43,318 bases of DNA from assembly GCA_937873125.1 (NCBI GenBank), contig CALMWA010000310.1, positions 1-43,318 on the forward strand, read 5' to 3'. The notes beneath the pieces are model-generated. The model did no database searches. It had not been told where the DNA came from and was given only the letters and a program-made list of their open reading frames with translations. Of this stretch, positions 1 through 8,017 are shown one piece after another (the stretch's first letter is position 1; the number at the start of each line of letters is the position of its first letter). The DNA comes from an uncultured Actinomycetes bacterium. Its GTDB lineage: Bacteria > Actinomycetota > Rubrobacteria > Rubrobacterales > Rubrobacteraceae. A program made the translations under genes and the position numbers.

Positions 1-341
1 GAGGCTATTATGAGGTCGAACGGTCCCTCGGGCATCTCTTCCGGAAGCGTGCGCTGTTCGACGCGAACGTGCCCCTGAGAGGCGAGTCGCTCCCGCGCGA
101 TGGCGAGAGCTTTCTCCGACAGGTCCACCGCGAGCAACTCGTCGCAGCACGGGGCCAGCATCTCCGTAAACACCCCGATGGAGGCCCCCGCCTCCAGGGC
201 GCGGTCGAACCGGCGTCCTTGTAGAGCTTGCAGCGTGCGCTCGTACTTGCGACGCTCGTACTCGCTGGTCTCGAAGTTCCAGGGGTCCCGCGCTCCAGCG
301 TAGAGGTCCTCGAAGTAGTCCCGGTCCAGACGTTCCCTCAC
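1..341 (-). CDS. SAM-dependent methyltransferase, NodS-like (N-terminal part only; gene runs off the window start)
   Basis: Not in the ORF track because it is open at the window edge. My minus-strand translation from GTG 341 reads VRERLDRDYFEDLYAGARDPWNFETSEYERRKYERTLQALQGRRFDRALEAGASIGVFTEMLAPCCDELLAVDLSEKALAIARERL... It has a class-I MTase motif I (LEAGASIG) and a DPW..ETS.YE..K N-terminus as in NodS-type enzymes. The GTG overlaps the upstream stop (GTGA at 338-341). Confidence 0.7.
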   Translation of the reverse strand, partial: MRERLDRDYFEDLYAGARDPWNFETSEYERRKYERTLQALQGRRFDRALEAGASIGVFTEMLAPCCDELLAVDLSEKALAIARERLASQGHVRVEQRTLPEEMPEGPFDLIIA

Positions 342-1471
342 GACTCTTGTCTCCGGGCCAGTATCTCCTGCCGCCCGCGGCGCGCGAGCGCTCGTTCGAG
401 CCGGTGCTGCAGCAGGAAGAGTTCGAGGTCGCGCCGGGCGCGGTCGAGGGGCCCGGAAGCCGCGAACGGGTGGGAGCCGACGGCGCGCGCGGCTTCATCG
501 AGTATCTCGCGGCACGCGCTCGCCACCGCTTCCCGAAGTTGCACGGCGAAGCCCGCGAGCGAGGCTTCCGGGTCGGCGTCGGCCGTGGCTGCTGCGTACT
601 CCAGCCAGCGGTCGACAGTCCCCTGCGCGGTGAGCATCTTTCCCGCCGCCAGCGAGACGATGTCGTCCGGGTCTCGGCCCGCGGTCTTTGCCGCCAAGAT
701 TTCTAGGGCTGCATCCACGGCCGCGTCGGAGATGCCCGCCCAGGTCACGGCCGTTCGGATGGCGTCGCGGGCGAAGTACGGCTCCCGGAGAAGCTCCCCC
801 GGCCCCCCGAACACGGCGAGCACGTGAGCCTCGCGGAATACGACGCGATGGCTCTCGGAGGAGCGCATCCCCGCGCCGCGGAACCAGTCCCGGTCCACCT
901 CGACGCCGTGCGTCAGGTCCACGTAGGCGGCGAGCGGCGGTCCCGGAGCGGCATCCGCGGCGCGGACGAGCACCACGGCCCGGTCGAGTCCCGTCGAGCC
1001 GGAGCAGAACGTCTTGACACCGGAGACGCGGATGCCGTCGCCGGTCTCTACGAGCCGGGCTGGTTCTCCCTCGCCGGGTATCGGGTCCGCGCCCCACACG
1101 CCCAGCCGCAACTCACCGGCGGCGACAGCCTCCAACTCCCGCGAGCGCAACGGCTCAAGAGCGCACACGGAGAGGCGTTCCACGGCGTTGAAATGCCCGT
1201 CCAGGATGCGCCCGACGGAACCGTCGGCCCGCGCCACGGCCCTGAGCAGCCGCCACTCCCGCGTGAACGTCGCGCGCCGGCCTTTGGACCCAACCGGGTC
1301 CGGGACGGGCATCGCGAGCGCGCCGGAGTCGGCGAGAGCCCGGAAAGGATCTTCGGGGAAGGCCGGGGCGCTGTCGCGGGCTGCGGCGCCGGAAGAGATC
1401 CGGGCCACGAGTTCGTCAAGTGCCTGTTCGGATACGCAGGGACTCGCACTGATGCGCCCGACCGTCCTCAC
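338..1471 (-). CDS. Acyl-CoA dehydrogenase-fold flavoprotein (possibly a DszC/SfnB-like oxidase or monooxygenase rather than a true ACAD)
   Basis: This is the C-terminal 377 aa of the 564-aa track ORF 338..2032. It shows ACAD-like middle and C-terminal domain patterns (GVKTFCSG, MRSSESHRVVF, RDLELFLLQH near the C-terminus). I chose the GTG at 1471, which overlaps the stop of the upstream deacetylase gene (GTGA). The N-terminal 187 aa of the track ORF are Arg/Pro-rich and overlap that gene. Confidence 0.75.
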   Translation of the reverse strand: MRTVGRISASPCVSEQALDELVARISSGAAARDSAPAFPEDPFRALADSGALAMPVPDPVGSKGRRATFTREWRLLRAVARADGSVGRILDGHFNAVERLSVCALEPLRSRELEAVAAGELRLGVWGADPIPGEGEPARLVETGDGIRVSGVKTFCSGSTGLDRAVVLVRAADAAPGPPLAAYVDLTHGVEVDRDWFRGAGMRSSESHRVVFREAHVLAVFGGPGELLREPYFARDAIRTAVTWAGISDAAVDAALEILAAKTAGRDPDDIVSLAAGKMLTAQGTVDRWLEYAAATADADPEASLAGFAVQLREAVASACREILDEAARAVGSHPFAASGPLDRARRDLELFLLQHRLERALARRGRQEILARRQES

Positions 1472-2130
1472 GCCGATGCTCTCTCGGTCTTGGGCCTGGC
1501 GGTAATTGCCTCCGCCATCGGGGCGGGCTCGAAACCTCGCGCGCGGATGCTGTCGACGAGGGTCGGGATCAGGGCTACGGTCTCCACGCAGCCGGTTCGG
1601 AGCGCTCCGGGACCGAGGCCGTCGTGCAGCAGAACCACCGCGCCGGGCTCTATCCGGGGTTCGATGTGGGCCAGCATCTCCCCGGACGAGTCTCCGCGCC
1701 AGTCGTGTGGATCTATCGTCCAGAGCGCGAGTTCGAGCCCGTAGCTCCGGGCAATCTCCGGGGTCCACGGCGCGACGATACCCCAGGGTGGACGCCAGAG
1801 GCGCGGCCGGACGCCGAGAGCGTGCAGATCGGCGAGGGCTGCTTCGGTGTCGGCTTCGATCTCTTTGCGGGTCCGGTCCGTATGGCGTACGTGCTCCGTG
1901 CAGTGCAATTCGACTTGGTGCCCCGCATCGAGCACCGCGGAGATCAGGGCGGGCTCCCTGCGCGCCAACGGTGCCACGACGAAGAACGTCGCACGCGCTT
2001 CGGCTTCGTGGAGCGCGTCTAGCACCCGGCACGTCCCCTCGGGGTCCGGGCCGTCATCGAAAGTCAGGTGTACGGGCAGAACCTCCGAAGGCGTCAAAGG
2101 ACTTCTCCGCGCTCCCATACACAGTCCCAC
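1468..2130 (-). CDS. Polysaccharide deacetylase, NodB-homology (CE4) family
   Basis: Contains the TFDDGP motif, HxxxH-type motif (LHCTEH), RPPWG, and LLHDG. Possible starts are GTG 2130 or ATG 2118; no well-spaced SD supports either. Confidence 0.8.
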   Translation of the reverse strand: MGLCMGARRSPLTPSEVLPVHLTFDDGPDPEGTCRVLDALHEAEARATFFVVAPLARREPALISAVLDAGHQVELHCTEHVRHTDRTRKEIEADTEAALADLHALGVRPRLWRPPWGIVAPWTPEIARSYGLELALWTIDPHDWRGDSSGEMLAHIEPRIEPGAVVLLHDGLGPGALRTGCVETVALIPTLVDSIRARGFEPAPMAEAITARPKTERASA

Positions 2131-2286
2131 ATCCGTATATCCACGCCGGTTTCCTCCGCTCGATCCGTGCCTCTAAACGCCGCCAGATGTTAGCACAGGC
2201 CACCTATTGCCCGGTGGGGTTATCTTTCACACCAGAGTGGATTATTGAGACCATTGCAGAGCGTACGAGGGAAAGCTCGCTTCCAC

Positions 2287-4080
2287 TTATCCCTTGCGGC
2301 GGATGTTGATGTGAAGCTCCTTGAGTTGGTCCTCGGTGACGGTGCCGGGGGCATCCATCATCTCGTCGCGGGCGGCCTGGGTCTTGGGGAAGGCCATCAC
2401 CTCCCGGATGTTAGGCTCGTCTCTCAGAACCATGACCAGGCGGTCGATCCCCGGCGCTATCCCGCCGTGCGGCGGCGCGCCGTACCGGAACGCCGTGAGC
2501 ATCGCCCCGAAGCGCCGCGCGGCCTCCTCTGGCCCGATGCCGATGGTCGAGAAGACCTTCTGCTGCAACTCCGGCAGGTGTATCCTGATGCTCCCGCTCG
2601 CCAGCTCCGTCCCGTTCGCCACCAGGTCGTAGAGCTGGCCGTGGACCTTCAGCGGCTCCGTATCGAGCAGCGGCAGATCGTCCTCGCGCGGCATCGTAAA
2701 CATGTGGTGCATCGGCTCCACCCGCTGCTCGTCCTCGTTCCACTCGAAGAGCGGGAAATCCGTTATCCAGCACAGACCGAGTATGTCCGGGTCGGCCAGA
2801 CCCAGCCGGTCCCGGAAGTGCAACCGCAGCCGGTTCAGGCTCTCGAAGACCACCGGGTCCTTGTCCGCGACGAAGAATATATAGTCCCCGCTTTGCGCTC
2901 CGAGCGTCTCTTTCAGCGCGCTCTGCTGCTCATCGGAGAAGAACTTGGCGATAGGTCCGGTCAAGTCGTCGTCCGTTACCTTGAAATTAGCCAGCCCACG
3001 CGCGCCGCCGGTAGCGGCCATGGCTGTAAGGTCATCAAGCTCGCGCCGCGAGAGGTCGCCGAGTCCCCCAACCGAGATGCCGCGCACGGAGCCGCCGCCT
3101 TCGACCGCGCCCCGGAAGACCTTGAACTCCGAGGAGCGCGCGATCTCGGACACGTCTTTCAACTCCAGGCCGAAACGGAGATCCGGCTTGTCGGAGCCGA
3201 ATCGCTCCATCGCCTCGGCAAATGTGAGGCGCGGGAAAGGTTTCTGAAGTAGCTTCTTCTCTGTCAGTCCTTCGACGATCTCGGTAAATAGGCCTTCGGT
3301 GAGGCTAAGGATCTCGTCCTGGGTGGTGTAGCTCATCTCCAGGTCGAGTTGGGTGTGTTCGGGCTGGCGGTCGCCGCGCCCGTCCTCGTCGCGCAACGCC
3401 CGCGCGATCTGGAAGTACCGCTCGAACCCGGCGACCATCAGGAGTTGCTTGAACTGCTGCGGCGACTGAGGCAGAGCGTAGAACTGTCCGGGATAGAGAC
3501 GGGCCGGGACCAGGTAGTCTCGTGCGCCCTCCGGCGTGGAGGCGGTTAAAAGCGGCGTCTCAATCTCTACGAAATCGCGCTCGGAGAGGTAGTCGCGCAT
3601 GTGCTTCACGACCCGGTGCCGGAAGAGAATGTTCTCGCGCATACGCTCGCGGCGCAGGTCCAGGTAGCGGTACTTCAGGCGCAGTATCTCGTCCACGGGC
3701 CTCTCGCGGTCGATCTCGAAGGGCGGCGTCTCGGAGGTGTTGAGGACGCGCAGGGACGTGGCCTCCACCTCGATCTCACCGGTTGGGAGATCCGGGTTCT
3801 CGTTCCCCTCCGGCCGCCGCTCGACTACGCCCTCCACCGAGATGGACCACTCTGGCCGCAACTGCTCGGCGGCGGAGAAAACCTCCTCGCGCTCCGGGTC
3901 GAACGTAACCTGCGTGAGCCCCCAGCGGTCCCGCAGGTCTATAAAGATGAGACCACCGTGGTCGCGGCGACGATGCACCCATCCCGCCAGGCGCACGCTC
4001 TCACCGACGTCGTTGCCGCGCAGTTCGCCCGCCGAGTGGGAGCGGTAGGGGTTCTTCACGTCATCGCTCTTCGAGTTCAA
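2287..4080 (-). CDS. aspS: Aspartyl-tRNA synthetase, bacterial type
   Basis: Class-II aaRS motifs are present (FYALPQSPQ, DLEMSY, GGIAPGIDRLVMVL, AFPKT), plus an N-terminal OB region (VRLAGWVHRRRDHGGLIFIDLRD). The preferred start is TTG 4080, with GGAGAGG 9 nt upstream, giving a typical 598 aa. Track starts further upstream (4188) add 36 unconserved residues. Confidence 0.9.
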   Translation of the reverse strand: MNSKSDDVKNPYRSHSAGELRGNDVGESVRLAGWVHRRRDHGGLIFIDLRDRWGLTQVTFDPEREEVFSAAEQLRPEWSISVEGVVERRPEGNENPDLPTGEIEVEATSLRVLNTSETPPFEIDRERPVDEILRLKYRYLDLRRERMRENILFRHRVVKHMRDYLSERDFVEIETPLLTASTPEGARDYLVPARLYPGQFYALPQSPQQFKQLLMVAGFERYFQIARALRDEDGRGDRQPEHTQLDLEMSYTTQDEILSLTEGLFTEIVEGLTEKKLLQKPFPRLTFAEAMERFGSDKPDLRFGLELKDVSEIARSSEFKVFRGAVEGGGSVRGISVGGLGDLSRRELDDLTAMAATGGARGLANFKVTDDDLTGPIAKFFSDEQQSALKETLGAQSGDYIFFVADKDPVVFESLNRLRLHFRDRLGLADPDILGLCWITDFPLFEWNEDEQRVEPMHHMFTMPREDDLPLLDTEPLKVHGQLYDLVANGTELASGSIRIHLPELQQKVFSTIGIGPEEAARRFGAMLTAFRYGAPPHGGIAPGIDRLVMVLRDEPNIREVMAFPKTQAARDEMMDAPGTVTEDQLKELHINIRRKG

Positions 4081-4274
4081 AATCCGGTTCCTCTCCGCTG
4101 CTATAGTGCTATTTCGTGTTTTGGCGGTGCGAATTTCCGACGCTGGCAGGCTCATTGCACCGTTTTTACGCCCGTGATACCTTAGCACTGGCTCACATAG
4201 GGAGCACCGAGACTGTAGCGGGCTCCCGGTCAGGTTGCAGGGGAGAGTTTATCCGAGAAGATGGGGTTGGAGGC

Positions 4275-5252
4275 TTGCCTGCCAGGGTCTGGCTTTGTCT
4301 GGTAATAATTCTGGGCGTTGTCTTCCTCGCGGGATGTGGTGGCGGTGAGGAGCCGGCTCCCGTCCCCCCCGCGACAACAGCTCCGGCTCCAACTACGCCC
4401 GCCGCACCCCCGGCGGGCGGTACGACGGTCGGGGCGGGCCAGGCGGAGACGATCCGGGACCGCCCGATCACGCTTCAAATGGACCAGCCGGTTCCGCCGG
4501 ACTTCAAGGCCGCGTATCAGCGCCGTTCCCTGATCACGGTCCAGTTCTACAAGACTGGCCAGAACCCTTTCTATCCTCAAGGCCTCGGTGTGGACACGGA
4601 GGTTAACTCGTTTGTGGAGCAACTCCGGGCCGAGTACCCGACCGTACAATTTTTTAGCTATGACATCGCCAACCCCGGCGCTACAGAGGGTGCGGCGGAG
4701 TTGCAGAACGGAGAGTACGGGACGCTGGCGGCCCAGCTTGGCGTCGGGCTCACGCCGTTTCTGGCGACGCTGGCCCCCGCGTCCGAGGGCGACGATTACA
4801 TCATCAAGAATTTGTTTCAGGGCTACGTTACGCAGCCCGTGGTCAGTCAGGCGCTCTTCGACCTCTCCGCCGTGCAGGTGGAGGACAATACGAGTGACGT
4901 GGGCGTCACCCTGGATCAACTGGAGCTGACACAGAGCGGGGGAGGTATCGAGTACGTCACCGTAAGGAACTCCAGCGAGAACGTCGTGAACCTCCAGGGT
5001 TTCACGCTGCGAACGCTCGACCCGGAGACCGGACAGGTAAACCCGGAGTCCGCGACGGTCGAGATAAACGACGCGGTGGAGATAGAGCCCCGCAAGAGCG
5101 CCTCCGTCGGCCGTTCGCCGGAGATAGTGGACGCGGACGGCAAAACGGTGGCCGGTACCTTCGAGGGCGGTGAGGGACTGGGATTGGCGCCGGGGGATCA
5201 GGTCGTTCTCCTTGACGCCGGCGGCGCGGTAGCCGCGACTATTACGGTTTAA
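4275..5252 (+). CDS. Lipoprotein with Pro/Ala/Thr linker, central alpha/beta domain and C-terminal lamin-tail-like (LTD) beta domain
   Basis: From TTG 4275 the signal peptide reads M-PARVWLCLVIILGVVFLAGC, with lipobox LAGC, followed by a PAPVPPATTAPAPTTPAAPP linker. The C-terminus (IEYVTVRNSSENVVNLQGFTLR...LAPGDQVVLL) matches the LTD pattern EyVEl.N....vdLsGw.L. The start is uncertain: the track start at 4116 would overlap the aspS 5' region. Confidence 0.65.
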   Translation: MPARVWLCLVIILGVVFLAGCGGGEEPAPVPPATTAPAPTTPAAPPAGGTTVGAGQAETIRDRPITLQMDQPVPPDFKAAYQRRSLITVQFYKTGQNPFYPQGLGVDTEVNSFVEQLRAEYPTVQFFSYDIANPGATEGAAELQNGEYGTLAAQLGVGLTPFLATLAPASEGDDYIIKNLFQGYVTQPVVSQALFDLSAVQVEDNTSDVGVTLDQLELTQSGGGIEYVTVRNSSENVVNLQGFTLRTLDPETGQVNPESATVEINDAVEIEPRKSASVGRSPEIVDADGKTVAGTFEGGEGLGLAPGDQVVLLDAGGAVAATITV

Positions 5253-5305
5253 CACGCCGTTGACCCGACCTGAAAATTCGCCCGCTTGCGCTAAACTAGG
5301 GGCGT

Positions 5306-6463
5306 ATGAGTACCCCCGTATACCTGGACAACGCCGCAACGACGCCTCTGGACTCGCGAGTCCTGGAAGCCATGCTCCCGCATCTCGGGGGGCGGCGCGG
5401 CAACGCATCCTCGCTGCACGCATCGGGCGCCGCTGCCCTCGATGCCGTGGAGGAGGCGCGTGCGTCGGTCGCGGCCTTCATGGGGGCCGAGCCGGGTGAG
5501 ATCTTTTTCACCAGCGGCGGCACCGAGGCGGATAACATAGCCGTCCTCGGGCTGGCGGCCGCGAGCCCGGAGAACCAGCACCTGGTCGTCTCGCGCATAG
5601 AGCACCCCGCCGTTCGACAGGCCGCCGAACATCTCGGACGGATCGGATACGAAGTCTCCTGGATCGGCGTGAACGAAGAAGGTCGTGTGGACCCGGAGGA
5701 GTTTGCAGCTGCGCTGCGGCCGGACACGGCGCTCGCGGCGGTGATGTGGGCAAACAACGAGGTCGGGACCGTACAGCCGGTCGAGGAGTTGGCCGTCATC
5801 TGCGAGCAGCGCGGCGTGCCGCTTCACGTGGACGCGGTTCAGGCGGCTGGTCGGATACGCATAGATCTCGGCTCCGTCCCGATCGCGACGCTAGCAATCT
5901 CCGGCCACAAGCTCTACGGACCGCAGGGCGTCGGAGCGCTGTACGTCCGCCGGGGCGTCGAGGTGCGCCCGACCGTTTTTGGAGGAGGACAGGAGCAGGG
6001 GCTCCGCAGCGGCACGCACAACGTCGCCGGAATCGCCGGTCTCGGCGAGGCGGCCAGGCTCGCCGCCGAGGAACTGGACGTGCGCGTGGCGCACGAGGAG
6101 GCGCTTCGTGATCGCATTCTTGACGGTGTTTGCAGTATTCCCGGCGTGCGGCTCAACGGGCATGCGCGGGAGCGGCTGTCAAACAACGCGCACCTTTATG
6201 TCGAGGGAGTAGAGGCTGAGGGGCTCGTGCTGCTCTGCGACGCTATAGGGTTCGAGATCGGCAGTGGTTCGGCTTGCGCGTCGGGTGGTCACAAGGCTTC
6301 TTCAGTACTGCTGGCGATGGGCTTCGACGAACAGGAAGCGTTCTCGGTGGTCCGGGTAACGGTTGGCAAAGATACCTCGGAGCAGGAGATCGACGGTTTC
6401 GTCGAGGCGTTCGCCACGGCGGTCGCCCGGCTGCGCGAGCTATCTCCATTGTACGCAGGATAG
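5306..6463 (+). CDS. Cysteine desulfurase, NifS/IscS (class V aminotransferase) family
   Basis: Motifs seen: VYLDNAATTP, PLP-lysine motif SGHKLYGPQGVGALYVRRG, and active-site loop GSGSACASG. Confidence 0.9.
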   Translation: MSTPVYLDNAATTPLDSRVLEAMLPHLGGRRGNASSLHASGAAALDAVEEARASVAAFMGAEPGEIFFTSGGTEADNIAVLGLAAASPENQHLVVSRIEHPAVRQAAEHLGRIGYEVSWIGVNEEGRVDPEEFAAALRPDTALAAVMWANNEVGTVQPVEELAVICEQRGVPLHVDAVQAAGRIRIDLGSVPIATLAISGHKLYGPQGVGALYVRRGVEVRPTVFGGGQEQGLRSGTHNVAGIAGLGEAARLAAEELDVRVAHEEALRDRILDGVCSIPGVRLNGHARERLSNNAHLYVEGVEAEGLVLLCDAIGFEIGSGSACASGGHKASSVLLAMGFDEQEAFSVVRVTVGKDTSEQEIDGFVEAFATAVARLRELSPLYAG

Positions 6464-6468
6464 TTCCG

Positions 6469-7983
6469 ATGGCCGAACGCTACCATCCACAGGTCATCGA
6501 ACACCTCGTCCGGCCCCGGCACGTCGGCGAACTGCCCTCGCCCGATGGTACGGGCGAGTCGGGAGACTCCGCCTGCGGAGACGTCGCCCGCTTTACCGTA
6601 AAGGTCGAGGACAACGTCGTCCGGGAGGTCCGTTACAAGGTATACGGATGCGTGGCCTGTATCGCCGCTGGTTCGGCGCTGGCCGAGCTGGTGCAGGGCG
6701 AAGACTTGCTGCGGGCGGCGAGCGTCACTAAGGAAGATGTTCAGGAGGCGCTCGGCGGGCCGCTGCCGTCCGGCAAGGAGCACGCCCTGACGCTGGTCCT
6801 GGACGCGCTGCACAAGGCGATAGAGGATCACTTTAACCGCCGGGCGGGTTCGATGCTGGTGGACGGTTACGGCGGTGGACGCGGCACGGGCAAGAAGACC
6901 GTAGTCGCCGCCATGAGCGGCGGGGTTGACTCGGCGGTTACGGCGCTCTTGCTCAAGGAGGCGGGCTACGAGGTGGCGTGCGTAACCTTCCGGCTGCACG
7001 ACGGCGAGCGCGGGAGCCGGTCGTGCTGCTCGCCGGATACCGTGCTCTTCGCCCGCGACACCGCGCATCGGATGGGTCTGCCGCACTTCACGCTCAATCT
7101 CAAGGAGTTGTTCGACCGGCGTGTGATGCAGGACTTCGTCGGCTCTTACGAGGCGGGGAAGACTCCGAACCCGTGCGTGTCGTGCAACGCTCACGTCAAG
7201 TTCCACGCGGCGGCGTTCCTGGCGGACAGGCTCGGCTTCGACCACGTCGCGACCGGACACTACGCCCGGGTCGGCGAGGGACCGACGCTTGCGCGTCCGG
7301 TGGACGAGAGCAAGGACCAGACCTACGTGTTATGGCCCATGCCGCAGGAACTTCTGGCCCGTACCGTCTTCCCGCTCGGTGAGTACAGGAAGACGGAGGT
7401 TCGCAAGATCGCCGAGGACCGGGGGCTCGCCGTCGCATACACGCCCGAGAGCCAGGACATCTGCTTTATCCCGGACGGCAACTACCGGAGCTTTATACGA
7501 AAGAAAGTGGCCGCGGAGCCGGGTGAGATCGTCGACTCCGGCGGCGAAGTTCTGGGTCGGCACGCCGGGGTGGTGGACTTTACTATCGGGCAGCGCCGGG
7601 GCATCGGCGTCTCCGCCCCGAGGCCGCTGTACGTGACCGAGGTCCGGCCGCAGAGCAAGCAGGTCGTGGTCGGCCGAAAGCAGGATTTGGAAGTGCGTGA
7701 GGTGCGCGTGTCGGGGATGAACTGGTTCCTGGACCCGAGCGAGGCTCGCGCGGTACAGGTTCGCTACAACAGCGTGCCGGTGGAATGTGAGATCGAGGAC
7801 GCCGGAGATGGAGAGTGGATCGCGCACCTGCCGGAGCCGGTGGCGGGGGTGGCGCCGGGCCAGTCGGCCGTCTTCTACACGGGAGACGGTCAGCGTGTGG
7901 TGGGGGGCGGCGTCGTATCGCGAAGCCGTCCGAAAGCCACTGTGGAATCCGGCGGCGGCCGGGCGGCGGGAGATATAGAATGA
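6469..7983 (+). CDS. mnmA: Fusion protein: N-terminal IscU/NifU-like domain plus tRNA 2-thiouridine(34) synthase MnmA (CxxC, C-type)
   Basis: ATG 6469 lies 5 nt after the nifS stop. Residues 1-125 align with IscU (SACGDV, VYGCVAC, GKEHA). Residues about 142-504 are MnmA: PP-loop AAMSGGVDSAV, NPCVSCN, ATGHYAR, SKDQTY, SQDICFI. The track ORF start at 6274 overlaps nifS and I rejected it. Confidence 0.85.
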   Translation: MAERYHPQVIEHLVRPRHVGELPSPDGTGESGDSACGDVARFTVKVEDNVVREVRYKVYGCVACIAAGSALAELVQGEDLLRAASVTKEDVQEALGGPLPSGKEHALTLVLDALHKAIEDHFNRRAGSMLVDGYGGGRGTGKKTVVAAMSGGVDSAVTALLLKEAGYEVACVTFRLHDGERGSRSCCSPDTVLFARDTAHRMGLPHFTLNLKELFDRRVMQDFVGSYEAGKTPNPCVSCNAHVKFHAAAFLADRLGFDHVATGHYARVGEGPTLARPVDESKDQTYVLWPMPQELLARTVFPLGEYRKTEVRKIAEDRGLAVAYTPESQDICFIPDGNYRSFIRKKVAAEPGEIVDSGGEVLGRHAGVVDFTIGQRRGIGVSAPRPLYVTEVRPQSKQVVVGRKQDLEVREVRVSGMNWFLDPSEARAVQVRYNSVPVECEIEDAGDGEWIAHLPEPVAGVAPGQSAVFYTGDGQRVVGGGVVSRSRPKATVESGGGRAAGDIE

Positions 7984-8017
7984 TGGATGTATGGTCTTGA
8001 GAGAGGTGCGTTAAGCT

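Noticed and set aside
1472-2032. N-terminal 187 aa of the 564-aa track ORF 338..2032, which would make a giant ACAD protein.
   Set aside because: This part overlaps the well-supported NodB-type deacetylase gene in another frame and is Arg/Pro-rich. ACAD homology begins only after GTG 1471, which forms a GTGA junction with the deacetylase stop.
2131-2286. Searched this and the other intergenic gaps (also 19754..19831, 22599..22673, 27292..27479, 38295..38391) for tRNA or tmRNA genes, CRISPR repeats, IS inverted repeats, and intrinsic terminators after aspS.
   Set aside because: I found no T-arm or acceptor-stem signatures, no direct-repeat arrays, and no terminal inverted repeats or transposase or integrase ORFs. 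Only short stems without U-tracts were seen, for example CCACC-N8-GGTGG at about 2200-2225.
4081-4274. Possible T-box or other leader upstream of aspS (minus strand), and upstream of alaS (9827..9859).
   Set aside because: No T-box consensus (..GGTGGTACCGCG..) or specifier-loop architecture is visible. The only structure is a 6-bp stem, GGGAGC...GCTCCC. The alaS leader is only 33 nt long.
6274-6468. Upstream extensions of several track ORFs: 6274 (mnmA fusion), 12820 (mltG), 31993 (rsmD::coaD), 36961 (fabZ), 4116 (lipoprotein), 4188 (aspS), 17370 (pilT) and 38365 (acpP).
   Set aside because: Each extension overlaps the preceding gene or the SD and adds unconserved residues. Better-supported internal starts exist, either as 4-nt stop/start overlaps or with properly spaced SD sequences.
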